Shown here one piece after another: positions 48,003 to 57,376 of a stretch of DNA of 64,000 bases. A model generated the notes under the pieces. The model saw nothing but the letters and a program-made list of their open reading frames with translations, was not told where the DNA came from and ran no database searches. The position numbers and the translations under genes were made by a program. The DNA is from an uncultured Chloroflexia bacterium (GTDB lineage Bacteria > Chloroflexota > Limnocylindria > QHBO01): the NCBI GenBank assembly GCA_963840145.1, contig CAWIXR010000002.1, positions 256,280 through 320,279 on the forward strand, given 5' to 3'. Within the stretch, counting starts at the first letter, position 1; each line of letters starts with the position of its first letter.

Positions 48003-48829
48003 CGCCGGGTCTGGACCGTCGTCTTCAGCGTGCGCAGCGCTTCGAGCAGCGCGCCGTGCTGGGCGCGCGGGGCGGCCACGATGTTCGCCCGCGGGCCGCT
48101 GATGTCCGGGTTCCACCACGCTCCCCCGCGCAGGTCGGTGACGACCGCGCCCGCTCGCTCGGCGATCAGCCCGGCCGCGGCCACATCCCACGGCGAGAGG
48201 CCGCCGTTCTGGACGAAGGCGTCGAAGCGGCCGTTCGACACGTACGCGAGCGCCAGCGCGGCGCTGCCCATCCGACGGTGGATCCGGATCTGCGGCGCGA
48301 TCCGCCGCTCCCTCGCCAGGCCGCCGCGCCCGATCACGGCCAGGCTGACGACGTAGTCGCTCAGGGTCTGCTTCGTCGAAGCGGCGATCGTCCCGCCGTC
48401 GAGGGTCGCGGGACCGTCGACGGTGGCGGCATACAGGTCGTCCCGGCCTGGATCGAGGATGACCCCCACGGTCGGCCGGTCGTCGACCACCAGGCCGATG
48501 CTCACGCAGTAGAACGGGATCCCGTTGGCGTAGTTGACGGTGCCGTCCAGCGGATCGATGACCCACGTCCGCCCGTTGCCCGACCCGTCGTCGCGCAGCA
48601 CGCCGGCATGCTCGCCGGACTCCTCGGCCAGGATCGCGTCGCCGGGGAACCGATCCTTGATCGCGCCGATGACCAACTTCTCCGAGGCGTAGTCCGCATC
48701 GGTCACGACGTCGCGCTTGCTCTTGTAGTCGATCTTCTGGACGCGCTCGTAGCTGTCGAGCAGGATCGCGCCGGCCTTCCGGGCGAGGTCGGTCGCAAAG
48801 GCGAGCTCATCGGCCCAGTTGCTGCTCAT
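47999..48829 (-). CDS. inositol monophosphatase family protein (SuhB/HisN-like)
   Basis: ORF trimmed to Met74 (MSSNWADEL), which has GAGGTGG upstream. IMPase motifs: EESG, WVIDPLDGT, and WDVAAAGLI near the C-terminus. Confidence 0.85.
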   Translation of the reverse strand: MSSNWADELAFATDLARKAGAILLDSYERVQKIDYKSKRDVVTDADYASEKLVIGAIKDRFPGDAILAEESGEHAGVLRDDGSGNGRTWVIDPLDGTVNYANGIPFYCVSIGLVVDDRPTVGVILDPGRDDLYAATVDGPATLDGGTIAASTKQTLSDYVVSLAVIGRGGLARERRIAPQIRIHRRMGSAALALAYVSNGRFDAFVQNGGLSPWDVAAAGLIAERAGAVVTDLRGGAWWNPDISGPRANIVAAPRAQHGALLEALRTLKTTVQTRR

Positions 48830-48834
48830 CCACC

Positions 48835-49209
48835 TCAGGGTAGCCGGAACCCGACCACCGTCACGGTGACCTCGCCCTCGGGGCGGCCGAGGAAGCCGAA
48901 GGAGATCTCGACCTCGCTTCCGGATGGCAGGAAGTCGATCGTCACCTCGCTCTCCTCCTCCGCTCCGTCGACCGTGGCGGTCGCGCGCACCACGAGCGAT
49001 TCGGCGGCCACGTCGCCATCGTTCCGTGCGGTGGCGGGCAGCATCCATCCGCCGGCGATGTCGTATCCGTCACCCGGCCGGACCTCGACGACGGGCTGCG
49101 GCGGACGGCCCTCATCGGTGATGCCGTCGATGACGAGGAAGCCGACCAGGCCGACGACCGCCGCAACGCTGATCCCGAGGACGACCCACTCGAGCCAGTT
49201 CTGACGCAC
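48835..49209 (-). CDS. small membrane-anchored protein, unknown function
   Basis: 124 aa with one N-terminal TM helix followed by an acidic beta-rich domain. Confidence 0.5.
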   Translation of the reverse strand: MRQNWLEWVVLGISVAAVVGLVGFLVIDGITDEGRPPQPVVEVRPGDGYDIAGGWMLPATARNDGDVAAESLVVRATATVDGAEEESEVTIDFLPSGSEVEISFGFLGRPEGEVTVTVVGFRLP

Positions 49210-50112
49210 CTACGCGGCCTCCTGCTGCCCTTGCCGGCCCTCGTCGCCGCCGACCAGGAGCCGGCCGGCCGCCGCGCCGAAGGACGCCACCACGGAGAGC
49301 ATGATCGTCTGGCCGGCGATTGCCGACCACGATGCACCGTCCGTGCGGCCAAAGGCCCAGAGGAGCAGAAGACTGACGAACAGGCTCACGGCATACGCCG
49401 CGATCGTCTCGGTGACCGGGTGGTCGAGCGGGCTGTCCCCAACCTGGAACTGCCGTCCGCCTCTGAAGCCGGCGTAGAAGACGATCGCGAAGGTCATCGC
49501 CAGCGACGCCGGGATCACCAGCAGCAGGAGCCACCAGTCGGCCTCGATCCCGAGAATCATCGGCTCCTCCGTGGGCGCGACGTTGAGCGCGAAGAGCAGC
49601 GCAGCGCCGGCCGCAATGAAGAGCCTCCCGAAGCCGCCGACGCCGCCGTCGCCGACCGTGCTGCCCTGGTCTTCGGCGGAATCATCCTCGGGCAGGGCGA
49701 GCTGCGTGGCCGCTAGGGAGACACCGAAGGCGACCGGAATCATCTCGAGCGCGATCTTGCCGACGGCATCGCGCAGGCCCGTCTCGAGCCCGATCCGCCC
49801 GAGCAGCAGCAGCGCCACGCTCGCGACCACCGCAGCGATTCCCATCGTCTCGCCCGAATCGATCAGCAGTTCGCGCCAGGTCCGATCGCGCCGGAAGCCA
49901 CTCACCGCGCTGTAGCCGATGACGACGACGAACGCCACACCCAGCAGGACCACGATCTTCCACGATGGCAGGAGGAACGAATGAGCCCACATCTCCATCG
50001 TGAAGAGGAGTGGAAGACCGATCAGCAGCCCGCCACCCGTTGCGCGGACGAGGTCACGGACCGTGGCGTCCACCGAGTCGGACTTCGGGCCGCGAACTCT
50101 GCTCACGACCAT
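49210..50112 (-). CDS. integral membrane protein, unknown function
   Basis: Six or more TM helices. Start taken at Met15 to avoid overlapping the divergent deoD start; ATG 50154 is the alternative. Confidence 0.6.
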   Translation of the reverse strand: MVVSRVRGPKSDSVDATVRDLVRATGGGLLIGLPLLFTMEMWAHSFLLPSWKIVVLLGVAFVVVIGYSAVSGFRRDRTWRELLIDSGETMGIAAVVASVALLLLGRIGLETGLRDAVGKIALEMIPVAFGVSLAATQLALPEDDSAEDQGSTVGDGGVGGFGRLFIAAGAALLFALNVAPTEEPMILGIEADWWLLLLVIPASLAMTFAIVFYAGFRGGRQFQVGDSPLDHPVTETIAAYAVSLFVSLLLLWAFGRTDGASWSAIAGQTIMLSVVASFGAAAGRLLVGGDEGRQGQQEAA

Positions 50113-50152
50113 CTCCCATGCACGTGGCACACCATTCTGTACGCTACGCCGC

Positions 50153-50878
50153 ATGCCACAGATCCACCTTCGTGCCGAGGAGGGCGACTACGCGCCGCTC
50201 GTGCTTCTCCCTGGCGACCCCAACCGCGCTCGACGAGTCAGCGAGCGATTCGACGAGGGCAGCGTCCGCCAGGTGAACGAGCACCGTGGCCTGCTCGGCT
50301 TCACCGGGACGTACCGCGGGACGCCGGTCAGTGTCCAGACCAGCGGGATGGGCACGCCGAGCCTGAGCATCGTCGTCGAGGAGCTGCTGCGCCTCGGCGC
50401 GCAACGGCTCATCCGGATCGGGACCTGCGGAGGGATCGCGAAGGGACTGAAGACTGGCGACCTCGTGATCGCCACGGCGTCGTGTCCGGTCGACGGCGCC
50501 ACGGCCACGTACCTCCATGGCGAGCCGTACGCGCCGGCCGCCGACTTCGCGCTCACCCGAGCGCTGGTCGACGCTGCGGCAGAGGCCGGTATCACGGCCG
50601 CGACGGGGCTCATTGCATCGGTGGACGTCTTCTACAACACCGATGACGACTACGCCCAGCGCTGGCGGGACCGGGGCGTCCTCGCCTTCGAGATGGAGGC
50701 CTCGGCACTCTTCTTCCTGGCGGCTCGCGCCGGCGTCCAGGCCGCCTGCGCGCTGACCGTCAGCGACGTCCTGTCCGATGAGGTCACGACCGAGGAGTCC
50801 TACCTCCCGCTCGACGAGCTCAACCAGGCGATCGACCGGATGATCGGGGTCGCCCTCGACGCTGGTATCGCGGGGTAG
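50153..50878 (+). CDS. deoD: purine nucleoside phosphorylase, DeoD type (PNP/UDP family 1)
   Basis: In-frame ATG of ORF 50000..50878. Colinear with E. coli DeoD: VLLPGDPNRA, GLLGFTGTYRG, SGMGTPS, IRIGTCGG, FEMEASAL, CALTVSDV. Confidence 0.85.
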   Translation: MPQIHLRAEEGDYAPLVLLPGDPNRARRVSERFDEGSVRQVNEHRGLLGFTGTYRGTPVSVQTSGMGTPSLSIVVEELLRLGAQRLIRIGTCGGIAKGLKTGDLVIATASCPVDGATATYLHGEPYAPAADFALTRALVDAAAEAGITAATGLIASVDVFYNTDDDYAQRWRDRGVLAFEMEASALFFLAARAGVQAACALTVSDVLSDEVTTEESYLPLDELNQAIDRMIGVALDAGIAG

Positions 50879-50888
50879 ACTCGGAGCC

Positions 50889-52055
50889 ATGACCGATACG
50901 CTCCCGCGAGGCGCCGCCAACCAGGCGGGCGCGATCATCAACCCGAACGCCGCCGCCGAGGCGCAGGACTTCCTGCCTCTCAACGGCATCGACCACGTCG
51001 AGTTCTGGGTCGGCAACGCGAAGCAGGCCGCGCACTACTACCGCGTGCTGTGGGGCTTCACGCCGGTGGCCTATGCCGGGCTGGAGACGGGCGTGCGGGA
51101 TCGGTCCAGCTTCGTGATGGTCCAGAACGACATCCGCTTCGTCTTCACCGCACCGATCTCGCCCGATGGCGAGATCGCCGAGCACGTGGCGAAGCACGGC
51201 GACGGGGTCAAGGACATCGCCTTCTCTGTCGACGACGTCACCTCGGCCTGGGAGGAGACGACGAAGCGCGGCGCGCACTCCGCCCTGGAGCCGTCGACGC
51301 TCGAGGGCAAGAAGGGCGTCCTCCGCCGGAGCTCCATCCACGCCTACGGTGAGGTGGTGCACTCGTTCGTCGATCGGTCCGACTATCACGGCGCCTTCGC
51401 CCCCGGCTACCACCGCATCACCAACCCGGCGCCGGCGGCGAGCGGTCAGAGCCTGCTCGAGGTGGACCACTGCGTCGGCAACGTGGCGCTGGGCGACATG
51501 AATCGGTTCGTCGACTTCTACCGCGACGTTCTGGGCTTCGCGCAGCTCATCCATTACGACGACAAGGTCATCCACACCGACTACTCGGCGCTGATGAGCA
51601 AGGTGATGACGAACGGGAACGGGCGGATCAAGTTCCCGATCAACGAGCCCGCGGCCGGCAAGAAGAAGAGCCAGATCCAGGAGTTCCTCGACTACTACCT
51701 CGATGCCGGCACGCAGCACATTGCGCTGCGCACCGAGGACATCGTCGGCACGGTCCGCGCCCTCCGCGAGCGTGGCGTCGAGTTCCTCGGCATGCCGCAC
51801 GCGTACTACGAGTCGCTCCCCGACCGCGTCGGCGACGTCGGCGTGCCGATCGACACCCTCGAGGAGCTCGGCATCGAGGCCGATCGCGACGAGGAGGGCT
51901 TCCTGCTCCAGATCTTCACCCGCCCCGTGCAGGATCGGCCGACCTTCTTCTTCGAGATCATCGAGCGCCACGGCAGCCGGGGCTTTGGCGTCGGCAACTT
52001 CAAGGCGCTCTTCGAGGCGATCGAGATCGAGCAGGCGCGGCGCGGCAACCTCTAG
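50889..52055 (+). CDS. hppD: 4-hydroxyphenylpyruvate dioxygenase
   Basis: Two VOC/glyoxalase-fold halves with iron ligands HVEFWV, QHIALRT and FFFEIIER. 388 aa. Confidence 0.9.
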   Translation: MTDTLPRGAANQAGAIINPNAAAEAQDFLPLNGIDHVEFWVGNAKQAAHYYRVLWGFTPVAYAGLETGVRDRSSFVMVQNDIRFVFTAPISPDGEIAEHVAKHGDGVKDIAFSVDDVTSAWEETTKRGAHSALEPSTLEGKKGVLRRSSIHAYGEVVHSFVDRSDYHGAFAPGYHRITNPAPAASGQSLLEVDHCVGNVALGDMNRFVDFYRDVLGFAQLIHYDDKVIHTDYSALMSKVMTNGNGRIKFPINEPAAGKKKSQIQEFLDYYLDAGTQHIALRTEDIVGTVRALRERGVEFLGMPHAYYESLPDRVGDVGVPIDTLEELGIEADRDEEGFLLQIFTRPVQDRPTFFFEIIERHGSRGFGVGNFKALFEAIEIEQARRGNL

Positions 52056-52190
52056 GACCGTGGTCCTGCCGAGTACTGCATCAGAGTCCACTCTCTGTTA
52101 AACCGCATCGCGGCGGCAGGCGTTGCCCGCGGTCGACATGTGACCCGGGGTCCCATCAGGCCATCGCGCGACGCGTCGCCGTGATCCACG

Positions 52191-52301
52191 ATGGAATCGA
52201 GTGGCGGCTGCTGCCCACCGCCGCCCTCTCGGGTGAGCCGCGCGCCGACCGCCACGTGCCCGGCGGTCGGCGGACGCGGCCCCAGCCCTCCTATCGGCTA
52301 G
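52191..52301 (+). promoter_or_regulatory. candidate proline-rich leader peptide uORF (MESSGGCCPPPPSRVSRAPTATCPAVGGRGPSPPIG*) overlapping a strong hairpin (about 52237-52280), 15 nt upstream of proS
   Basis: ATG 52191 to TAG 52299-52301. Nine of 36 codons are Pro, including a CCA-CCG-CCG-CCC run. The hairpin gccgcg-c-gccgaccgcc / ggcggtcggcg-gacgcggc has about 17 bp. No obvious SD precedes the uORF. Confidence 0.3.
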
Positions 52302-52315
52302 GATTCGGGGCTCAA

Positions 52316-53752
52316 ATGAGCACCGAGAAGCTGCCACGGCAGCAGGACGACTTCCCCGGCTGGTACGTCGAGGTCGTGAAGCGGGCCGAGATGGCCGAGC
52401 ACGGCCCGGCCAAGGGCTCGATGATCATCAAGCCCCACGGCTACGCCATCTGGGAGCACACCCAGCGCGCGCTCGACGACCGGATCAAGGCGACCGGCCA
52501 CGAGAACGTGTACTTCCCGCTGCTCATCCCGATGAGCCTGCTCGAGCGGGAGGCCGATCACGTCGAGGGCTTCGCGCCGCAGGTCGCGGTCGTCACCCAC
52601 GGCGGCGGCGAGAAGCTGGAGGAGCCGCTCGCCATCCGCCCCACCAGCGAGGCGCTGATCTGGAACAGCTACAAGCGCTGGATCCAGAGCTATCGCGACC
52701 TGCCGCTGCTCTACAACCAGTGGAACAACGTCCTTCGCTGGGAGATGCGGACGCGCCTCTTCCTGCGGACCAGCGAGTTCCTGTGGCAGGAGGGCCACAC
52801 CGCCCACGCCACCTCGGCCGAGGCCACCGAGGAGGCGCTGCGCATGCTCGACGTCTACCGCCAGGTCGCCGAGGAGGTGCTCGCCATCCCGGTCCACACC
52901 GGCCGCAAGACCCCGGCCGAGCGCTTTCCCGGAGCCGATGAGACCTACTGCATCGAGGGCCTGATGCGCGACACGAAGGCCCTCCAGTGCGGCACCAGCC
53001 ACTTCCTCGGCCAGAACTTCGGACGCGCCTACGACGTGACCTTCCTGAACGCCGATGGCGAGCTCGAGCACGCCTGGGGAACGTCGTGGGGCTTCAGCTC
53101 GCGAATGGTCGGCGCCACGATCATGGCCCACGGCGACGACGCCGGCCTGCGCCTGCCGCCAGCCGTCGCGCCGGTGCAGGTCGTGATCGTGCCGATCCAC
53201 CGCACCGACGACGAGCGCGCCTCGGTCCTTGCCGTCGCGGAGCCGCTGCGCGCCGAGCTGGCTGCCGCCGGCATCCGGGTCCGCCTCGACGACCGCGTTC
53301 AGCATCGGCCCGGCTACAAGTTCGCCGAGTGGGAGGTCAAGGGCGTGCCGGTGCGGATCGAGCTCGGCCCGCGCGACGTGGCCGCCGGCAAGGTGGTGCT
53401 CGTTTCGCGCTTGGGCGGCGACAAGGAGGAGGTCCCGCTCGGTGAGGTTGCATCCGGCATGGCGGATCGCCTGGCCTGGACGCAGCGCGCGATCTTCGCC
53501 GATGCGGTCGCCTTCCGCGAGGCGAACTCGCACACGATCGGCTCCTTCGAGGACTTCGCGACCGGCGTCGAGGAGAAGGGTGGGTTTTGGATCGGCGCCT
53601 GGTGCGGCGACGACGCCTGCGAGGCCGAGATCAGCGCGAAGACGAAGGCGACCATCCGCTTCCTGCCGCTCCAGCCCGCCGATCCAAGTGCCGCCTGCAT
53701 CCACTGTGGCAAGCCTGGGGTCGACACCGCCACCTGGGCACGGGCCTACTGA
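52316..53752 (+). CDS. proS: prolyl-tRNA synthetase, archaeal/eukaryotic-type (class II)
   Basis: ORF trimmed to MSTEKLPRQ. ProRS type-3 motifs: FPGWY, IRPTSE, class II motif 2 FLRTSEFLWQEGH, motif 3 region, and a C-terminal Zn-binding CxxC...C..C (WCGDDACE...ACIHCG). Confidence 0.9.
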   Translation: MSTEKLPRQQDDFPGWYVEVVKRAEMAEHGPAKGSMIIKPHGYAIWEHTQRALDDRIKATGHENVYFPLLIPMSLLEREADHVEGFAPQVAVVTHGGGEKLEEPLAIRPTSEALIWNSYKRWIQSYRDLPLLYNQWNNVLRWEMRTRLFLRTSEFLWQEGHTAHATSAEATEEALRMLDVYRQVAEEVLAIPVHTGRKTPAERFPGADETYCIEGLMRDTKALQCGTSHFLGQNFGRAYDVTFLNADGELEHAWGTSWGFSSRMVGATIMAHGDDAGLRLPPAVAPVQVVIVPIHRTDDERASVLAVAEPLRAELAAAGIRVRLDDRVQHRPGYKFAEWEVKGVPVRIELGPRDVAAGKVVLVSRLGGDKEEVPLGEVASGMADRLAWTQRAIFADAVAFREANSHTIGSFEDFATGVEEKGGFWIGAWCGDDACEAEISAKTKATIRFLPLQPADPSAACIHCGKPGVDTATWARAY

Positions 53753-53755
53753 GCG

Positions 53756-54172
53756 ATGCGCCGCCCGGCTGCCGGGCTGGTGGCCCTGCTGCTCGCCGGC
53801 TGCGGCATCCTTCCGTCAGGCGTGCCCGACTGGGTCACCAACCGCCAGCCGCTGCCTGCATGCTCCGCCGGCGTCGTCGACGTCGACAGCCCTGAAGCGG
53901 AGGCAGGGCAGAAGTGCCTGCTCGATGCGTTCCTCGAGGGACGCGGCGCCGAGCTCGTCACCGCCGGGCGGATGGAGACGGGCGACCCACTCGTCTCGTA
54001 CGTCCGCATCCACGAGAACGGCACGGTCGAGATGTTCCTCAATCTGGGCGACGACCCGTTCGCCCCGGGTGCGTGGGAACGCCACCGGTGCGAGGACCTT
54101 CTCAGAACCGACCCGGAGGACGTTCGCGAGGGATTCACGCTGGCGGGATGCGAGCCGCTGCCTGTCCCGTGA
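53756..54172 (+). CDS. lipoprotein, unknown function
   Basis: Signal peptide plus lipobox LLAGC. 138 aa with four further Cys. Confidence 0.55.
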   Translation: MRRPAAGLVALLLAGCGILPSGVPDWVTNRQPLPACSAGVVDVDSPEAEAGQKCLLDAFLEGRGAELVTAGRMETGDPLVSYVRIHENGTVEMFLNLGDDPFAPGAWERHRCEDLLRTDPEDVREGFTLAGCEPLPVP

Positions 54173-54194
54173 CGGCAACGAGTAGCATCGGCCG

Positions 54195-55172
54195 ATGACC
54201 ACCTCGGCAGGGCCGCACATCGTGTCGATCGACGAGATCCGCGCGGCCGCGGAGCGCATCCGGGGCGTCGCCACCCGCACGCCACTGCTGCGCTGGGACG
54301 ACACGACATGGCTGAAGCCGGAGTCCCTCCAGCCCGTCGGGGCCTTCAAGATGCGGGGCGCCTACAACAAGATCGCCTCACTGACCGATGCCGAGCGCGC
54401 CCGCGGCGTCGTCACCTACTCGTCCGGCAACCACGCGCAGGCGGTCGCCCGCGCCGCGCGGCTGCTTGGAGCGCGGGCCGTCATCTGCATGCCGCGCGAC
54501 GCGCCGCGCGTGAAGATCGAGGGCGTGGAGCGTGACGGCGCCGAGATCCAGCTCACCGGCATGGACTCCGAGGAGCGCCACGTGCTCGCCCTGCGGCTCG
54601 TCGAGGAGCGCGGCCTCGTGATGGTCGAGCCATACGACGACCCCGCGATCATCGCCGGCCAGGGGACGTGCGGGCTGGAGATCGTCGAGGACCTGCCGGG
54701 CGTGACGAGCGTGCTGATCCCGACTTCCGGAGGCGGACTGTCAGCGGGAGTGTCGACCGCCGTTCGCGCGCTGGCGCCCGCGGCACGGATCATCGGCGTC
54801 GAGCCGGACCTTGCCGCCGACGCCAAGGAGTCGCTCGAACGCGACGAGCTCGTGACCTGGACCGCGGAGCAGACCGGCCGAACGATGGCCGATGGCCTGC
54901 GCACGAACTCGCTCGGCCCGCTTCCCTTCGAGCACCTGCGGCGCTTCATGGACGAGATCGTGACCGCCACCGAGGCGGGCATGGCCGAAGCGATGCGCAA
55001 GCTCGCCCGCCGCGCCCGCCTGGTCGTCGAGCCCTCCGGCGCGGTCGCGATGGCCGCCCATCTCGCCGATGCCGCTCCCCGCCGCGATGGCGACGACGCC
55101 CGGGTCATCGTGATCAGCGGCGGGAACGTCGACCCCGAGCTGTACCTGCGGATCCTCGCCGGCGAGCTCTAG
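54195..55172 (+). CDS. threonine/serine dehydratase family PLP enzyme (threonine ammonia-lyase-like, catabolic type)
   Basis: PLP Lys in SLQPVGAFKMRGAYNKI. Glycine-rich loop PTSGGGLSAG. Fold type II. 325 aa with no ACT regulatory domain. Confidence 0.85.
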   Translation: MTTSAGPHIVSIDEIRAAAERIRGVATRTPLLRWDDTTWLKPESLQPVGAFKMRGAYNKIASLTDAERARGVVTYSSGNHAQAVARAARLLGARAVICMPRDAPRVKIEGVERDGAEIQLTGMDSEERHVLALRLVEERGLVMVEPYDDPAIIAGQGTCGLEIVEDLPGVTSVLIPTSGGGLSAGVSTAVRALAPAARIIGVEPDLAADAKESLERDELVTWTAEQTGRTMADGLRTNSLGPLPFEHLRRFMDEIVTATEAGMAEAMRKLARRARLVVEPSGAVAMAAHLADAAPRRDGDDARVIVISGGNVDPELYLRILAGEL

Positions 55173-56491
55173 CCGCCGAGCAGCTCCAGGGCGCGGTCCA
55201 GCTGCGGGTCCTCGTCCGAGGTCGGATCCTCCGGCCCGGCGACCTCCACGTCCGGCTGGACGCCGTCGGGCGCGACCGAGTTGTGCTCGGGCGTGAACCA
55301 TCGGTCCGTCGTCAGGCGCAGCCCGCCGCCGTTGGGCAGGTCGTTCCAGATCTGGACCGTGTTCTTGCCGAAGGTTGCCTCGCCGACGAGCTGAGCGCGA
55401 CCGTGCTCCTGGATGGCGGCCGCCACGATCTCCGATGCCGACGCCGATCCGCCGTCGATGAGGACGACGACCGGAACGTCGTCGGATTGGAGCAGGCCGT
55501 CGACCGCGCGCCACTCCTGGACCTCCTCGCCGGACTCGACGGTGAAGAGCAGCTCGTCGGCCGGGATGAACTGCGACGCGATGCCGCGCGCCGCATCGAT
55601 GTACCCGCCGGGGTTGCCGCGCAGGTCGAGGACGAAGCGGGTCGCGCCCTGGTCGAGAAGGCCGGAGATCGCCTCGCGGACCATGTCGGTCGCGCGGGCC
55701 GTGAAGGTCGTCAGCCGGACGTAGCCGACGCTGTCCTCGAGCAGCTCCGCGCGGACTTCCTGGAGGTCGATGACCGCCCGGGTCACCGTGATGTCCATCT
55801 CCTCGTCGTCGCGGCGGATCGTGAGCGTCACGTCCGTCCCGGCCTCCCCGCGCACGATGTACACGAGCGAGCTCACCGACTCGCCGGTGGTCGACTCGCC
55901 GTCGATGGCGAGGATCTGGTCGCCGGGCTGGAGGCCGGCCTCCTCGGCCGGCGAGCCATCGAGGGGCGCGACGATGACCATCGCGCAGTTGTCGGTCACG
56001 ACCGTGCACGACTCGAGGTCCGCGGGGTCGGACAGGTTTTCCATGCCGACCTCGGCGCCGATGCCGCTGAACTCGCCGGACAGGTCCTCGAGCGCCTCGC
56101 CGTACTGCTCCGGCGGCAGGTAGCCGGAGTACGGATCCTCGAGCCCGTACTCGACCATCCCGCGCACCGCGCCATCCACGAGCTGCTCGTCGGTGATCTC
56201 GTCGACGTAGCTGGCGCGGATCTGCGCGTACGCGTCGCACAGGACCGCGAAGGCCTCGGCGGGCTCGGCGCAGGTGATCGTCTCGAGCACCGGGGTCGGG
56301 CCGGGCGCCTCGGACGGCACGACGACCGTGGGCTGCGGAGTCGCAGACGCATCGGCCTGGGCGACCGGGCCGCCGGATCCGCCGATGGCGAGGCCCGCGA
56401 TGAAGGTGATGGCTCCGAAGAGGAGCAGGACGCCGATCAGGGCGGCGGCGTTGACGAGCGGCGGTCGACCGGTGGTGGGGGTGGAGGTCAT
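55169..56491 (-). CDS. S41 family C-terminal processing peptidase (PDZ + S41)
   Basis: ORF trimmed to Met25 (MTSTPTTG; TM anchor). PDZ GLQPGDQILAIDG. Catalytic Ser in LIDGGSASASE and Lys in the GKNTVQ region. Confidence 0.85.
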   Translation of the reverse strand: MTSTPTTGRPPLVNAAALIGVLLLFGAITFIAGLAIGGSGGPVAQADASATPQPTVVVPSEAPGPTPVLETITCAEPAEAFAVLCDAYAQIRASYVDEITDEQLVDGAVRGMVEYGLEDPYSGYLPPEQYGEALEDLSGEFSGIGAEVGMENLSDPADLESCTVVTDNCAMVIVAPLDGSPAEEAGLQPGDQILAIDGESTTGESVSSLVYIVRGEAGTDVTLTIRRDDEEMDITVTRAVIDLQEVRAELLEDSVGYVRLTTFTARATDMVREAISGLLDQGATRFVLDLRGNPGGYIDAARGIASQFIPADELLFTVESGEEVQEWRAVDGLLQSDDVPVVVLIDGGSASASEIVAAAIQEHGRAQLVGEATFGKNTVQIWNDLPNGGGLRLTTDRWFTPEHNSVAPDGVQPDVEVAGPEDPTSDEDPQLDRALELLGG

Positions 56492-56581
56492 GGTGTTCCT
56501 GCGAGCTGGGAGGGCGGCCGGCGCATTCTCCCCCGAAATCGGCACGCCTGCTGGTGTCCGCACAATGACGAACGGCGAGCG

Positions 56582-57376
56582 TTACCCGCGAACGGCGCGC
56601 AGTCCGAGGAAGATCGGGATCTCGGCGTTCGCGCGCGCGTCCCCGCGCGCGGCCTTTCCGGGGCGGCGATCCGGCGGCAGGTCCGGGATCTCGAGCATCG
56701 CATCGGTGGCGAAGCCGGCATCGGCGAGTACGTTGACGTAGGCGCTGATCGGCCGATGGAAGCTCCGCGTCGGAAGGCCGCCGCCCAGCGATTTCATCGG
56801 CACCGCCATCTCGCCGAGGTAGGCGTCGATGCGCCGATAGACCAGCTTGCGACCGTCGTCGGTGCCCCAGCCGGAGTGGCGCGGCTGCCGGAACGCCGGG
56901 TGCGTCATCAGCAGGACGACGCGCGAGCGCGGCTTCAGCGCCCACTCGACCGATGCCACCACGTCCTCGAGCGGATCCATGTCCTGGATCGAGAGGAGAA
57001 ACATCGCCGCGTCGTGGGCAGCCGGCTCGAGGCCGGCCACCGCAGCCAGCCGCCGGGCGTCGCCGACGAGGAAGCGAGCGTCGCGCAGCCGGCCGTGCCG
57101 CCGCTTCGCGGCCGCGATCAGCTTCGCCGATGCGTCGATCACCGTGACGCGCGCGCCCGCCTCCACGAGGTACGGCGCCAGCACGCCCTGCCCGCCGCCG
57201 ACGTCGAGGATCGCCTCGCCGCGCATTGGCTGAAGGAGGTCCAGCACGGCCGGGATGGCCAGCTCACGGTGGTAGGCCGAGCCACGGTCCCCGACCCAGC
57301 CGTCGTACCAGGTCGCGACACGTTCCCAGCTCGTCTCACCTGTCGGGCCGCCGGGCCGCCGCGAGCGCCCGCTCAC
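56582..57376 (-). CDS. class I SAM-dependent methyltransferase
   Basis: Real C-terminal part of ORF 56582..58363. GTG start overlapping the TGA of the upstream LLM gene (GTGA). Motif I ILDVGGGQG. 264 aa. Confidence 0.72.
   Translation of the reverse strand: MSGRSRRPGGPTGETSWERVATWYDGWVGDRGSAYHRELAIPAVLDLLQPMRGEAILDVGGGQGVLAPYLVEAGARVTVIDASAKLIAAAKRRHGRLRDARFLVGDARRLAAVAGLEPAAHDAAMFLLSIQDMDPLEDVVASVEWALKPRSRVVLLMTHPAFRQPRHSGWGTDDGRKLVYRRIDAYLGEMAVPMKSLGGGLPTRSFHRPISAYVNVLADAGFATDAMLEIPDLPPDRRPGKAARGDARANAEIPIFLGLRAVRG

Noticed and set aside
52056-52315. T-box riboswitch upstream of proS
   Set aside because: No T-box consensus (AATTAGGGTGGNACCGCG) or specifier-loop architecture is present. 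The region is better explained by the uORF and hairpin.
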